This document shows positions 61,170 through 64,000 of a stretch of 64,000 bases of DNA, piece after piece. Every line of letters begins with the position of its first letter. Position 1 is the first letter of the stretch. The notes beneath the pieces were generated by a model, which was given only the letters and a program-made list of their open reading frames with translations, had not been told where the DNA came from and did not search any database. The position numbers were made by a program, and so were the translations under genes. Origin of the DNA: Eledone cirrhosa (taxonomy: Eukaryota); contig OZ024741.1 of the NCBI GenBank assembly GCA_964016885.1, positions 77,066,001 to 77,130,000 of the forward strand, written 5' to 3'.

Positions 61170-64000
61170 GAGCTACTTTCTTATAAAAAGTTAAATAGGC
61201 TATATATAGGCTAAAAATAAAATCTCAACCTAAGAAAATTCACATAAATAACAAGGCAAAGATTTACGAACGCTGGATAAACTGAATTATATGGATATTT
61301 CCTAGGAAGGTATAACTCAAACCGATCAATGAGGAACCAGAACCTCAAAATACAACTGCGACGACAAAAATTGTCTATCGAAAAAAATAGGAAATGAAAC
61401 CAAAATAATGAAATTAAGAGCAAGCACATATAAAATACAAAGGTAAACAAAGAGAAACTGAAATCTAAAAAAAAAAAAAAAATAATAATAATAATAAAAT
61501 AAATAAATAAATAACTAAAAATATGATGGAAAGCTACTAGATCACGTTTATAAACTATGGAAACTAGAATGTAAGAACGTGGAACTGATCTCATTACGAA
61601 CATGAGAGAAAAAGGAAAAAAATTGGTTCTCAAACTATGAAAATCTGTTTTTGAAGAAAGCAAAAATCAACAATGCGAAAAACTATGTTGATACCATTTA
61701 TACAACACAACTTCAATATCCAGTTTATCAAAGAAAACTCCAGTATCGTCGAAACTCGGACAGAAGCTTTAACAAGAAGGGAACCAGAAAATGGTTAGTA
61801 AGAAGTCTTAACATACCTCAAAACAGGGTGTATATAAATAATTGTTTCTACTTTTTGCACAAGGCCAGCAATTACCCAGTACATTAGTGCTACTTTATTT
61901 TATCGATCCCGTAAGGATGAAAGGCAAAGTTAACCTCGACGGGATTTGAACTCAGACCGTAAAGGGACGTAACTATGCTAGAAAGCATCTACCGATACTA
62001 CCAATTCACCGCCCTGTTGTATATAATTAATCCCGGACAATGCCGCTATTATCCAAAAAGAATAATCACAAAGAGGATACATATAAAAGCATAATAACAA
62101 ACAGAAATGAAAACTTCAGAGAGAATAGATCCTACAATCGGGAATACAGAAATAATTTCAGACTGAACCAAAGTCACCATATAAAAAGCATGTTCGAAGA
62201 ACAGTACAACATACACATTACGGAAATATACAATAACTACAAAAATATTGATAATAAGAACAATATAGTGGGACCCTATTCTAATAATCGTTTTTAGACA
62301 GAAATCATGAGTGCAGGGAAATGAGAAACCGAAAATAATAAATCTACAAAAAAAAAAAAAAAAAATCGTTAACAGCAATACAAACAGATATATTAAGTAA
62401 AGGGCAAAAATTTACACCAACTCCCTCAAAACTAAATATACCAGAAATTAAAGATGGTATTTCGAACTTCTGCAGAAGACTAAGACCAGCAGAACAATTC
62501 TTTTAAATAGAAAACAACGACAAATCTTTAATTAAACACAAAAGCAAAATATCAACCCCCGAAAAGCAGGAATGTTGCCTTTGATGAATTTTGTGAATAC
62601 ATCTCAAATTTTCCAACTAATAAACTGGAAATGTTAAAAAGTCAAACTTCATCAGATAAAAATGGAACAATCTAAACGATCTAAAATCAGATAGAAATAT
62701 TGTTATGAAAGGAGGCGTGGTTGTCAATGGATACAAAACATTATACAGAGTATGGGCCAGGAAAATATATGCTATGAAGAAGCTAAAGATTACAAACATA
62801 AAAAATGATGAAACACTCCACCGATTTATTACACCTATACCGAAATTATCAAACTGATAAGGAATGAGACTAAATCGACAATTTTAGATGTGTAACAAGT
62901 AACATCTATGGACCCCCCCCCCCAAAAAAAAAAACAAGAATAAACTAATTAATGAAACATGCGAATTGTGTGGATATACCCTCACCAATCAACTTATAAC
63001 GAAGACCCATTATAGTAGGCCTGATTTTTGAGACAAATCACCTAAGTAACTTCCTAGAGATCTTATTGAAACTTCTTCTCAAACATATTCAGAGCTTCAT
63101 ACGAGATGATCTAGATATATTTAACCATCTACCAAATAAGGTAAATAAAACCGCCTACATTGTTTCGTTGGATGTTGTGAACCTATATAGCAACATCCCA
63201 TACGACTACGGATCGAAGCTATTAAATACTGGCTCGACTCATTCCCTTCTGAGCTACCAAACTGTATTGAGAGAAAATTCATTATAGATGCTCTTCAGTA
63301 TATTAAAAAAAATAATTATATCATTTCATAAAAAATCCAACAAAAATCAGGAACTACTATTGGAACAAACGTTGCACCAACATATGCCAACCCGGTCACG
63401 GAATACCATGAATTAAAAATCTACAAACAATTCTGGCAAATTTGTGGGGATGAATTCAGCTGTGATATAAAAGAAAACTGGAAAAAGATACCTGGACAAC
63501 TGTTTTATTTTGTGGAAGGAAAATCTTGAGAAACAAAAAAATTTCAAAACAATCAATAATTTAAATTCTAACATCAAATTCACTATGAATTTAAGTAGCG
63601 AAAACTACCCTTTTTACATGAACTAATGTCAAAAAGAAACACAAAACTAGAAAGTGATATGTATTTCGAACCTACGCACACCCGACAAAACCTTCTTTTT
63701 ACATCTTCTCATACAAAATACATTCAGACAAATATTCCATTTAATTTAGCTAAGCAAATCTGTACAATAGCCTCAAATCCAACAAGAGAACACAGACTTA
63801 GAAGAGATGAAAAATACTCAAGAGAAAATATCCTCAGAATCTTGTAGTATTCAAAACGAAAGACACATTAACATCTAGGAACTACGAGAAAAATAAGTAA
63901 GAAAGAAAAAGGTTATGCCATATATTTCAACTTTTAATCAAAGAACAGCGAAATCTACACACACATACAACTAAACCTACCTACTAAAGCGACAAAATGA
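61170..64000 (+). mobile_element. Penelope-like element copy 2 (N-terminal region and RT), truncated by the window end
   Basis: Homologous to copy 1: FCRRLR, SFIRDDLD, VSLDVVNLYSNIP, KSGT, YFEPT...SSH...NIPFNLAKQICTI. Confidence 0.88.
61840..62015 (-). mobile_element. Meta-domain-like SINE inserted in PLE copy 2
   Basis: Family motifs; approximate target-site duplication tgtatataa(a/t)taat on both sides. Confidence 0.8.

Overview
AT-rich, microsatellite- and retroelement-dense eukaryotic genomic DNA. The SINE/RTE/Penelope repertoire suggests an octopus or other coleoid cephalopod (inference). The only host gene I can support is a minus-strand CDKL1-like kinase. I reconstructed 8 coding exons by hand (29272 to 8289; 918 nt, all GT-AG, continuous frame, ending ...DHLPNI*). 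I could not find its ATG/KKIALRE exon, so 29273-64000 is probably one intron of more than 34 kb. The rest is mobile DNA: RTE-clade LINE fragments, CRE-like and R4/Dong-like restriction-endonuclease retroelements, two Penelope-like (PLE) RT remnants, tRNA-derived SINEs, a decayed mariner, and piggyBac- and mariner-type MITEs. The most unusual structures are (i) three adjacent long inverted-repeat modules at 42.1-45.3 kb carrying hammerhead-ribozyme-like motifs on both strands and (ii) three tandem arrays (35, 85 and 97 bp units), each apparently born from the coding sequence of a different retroelement class.
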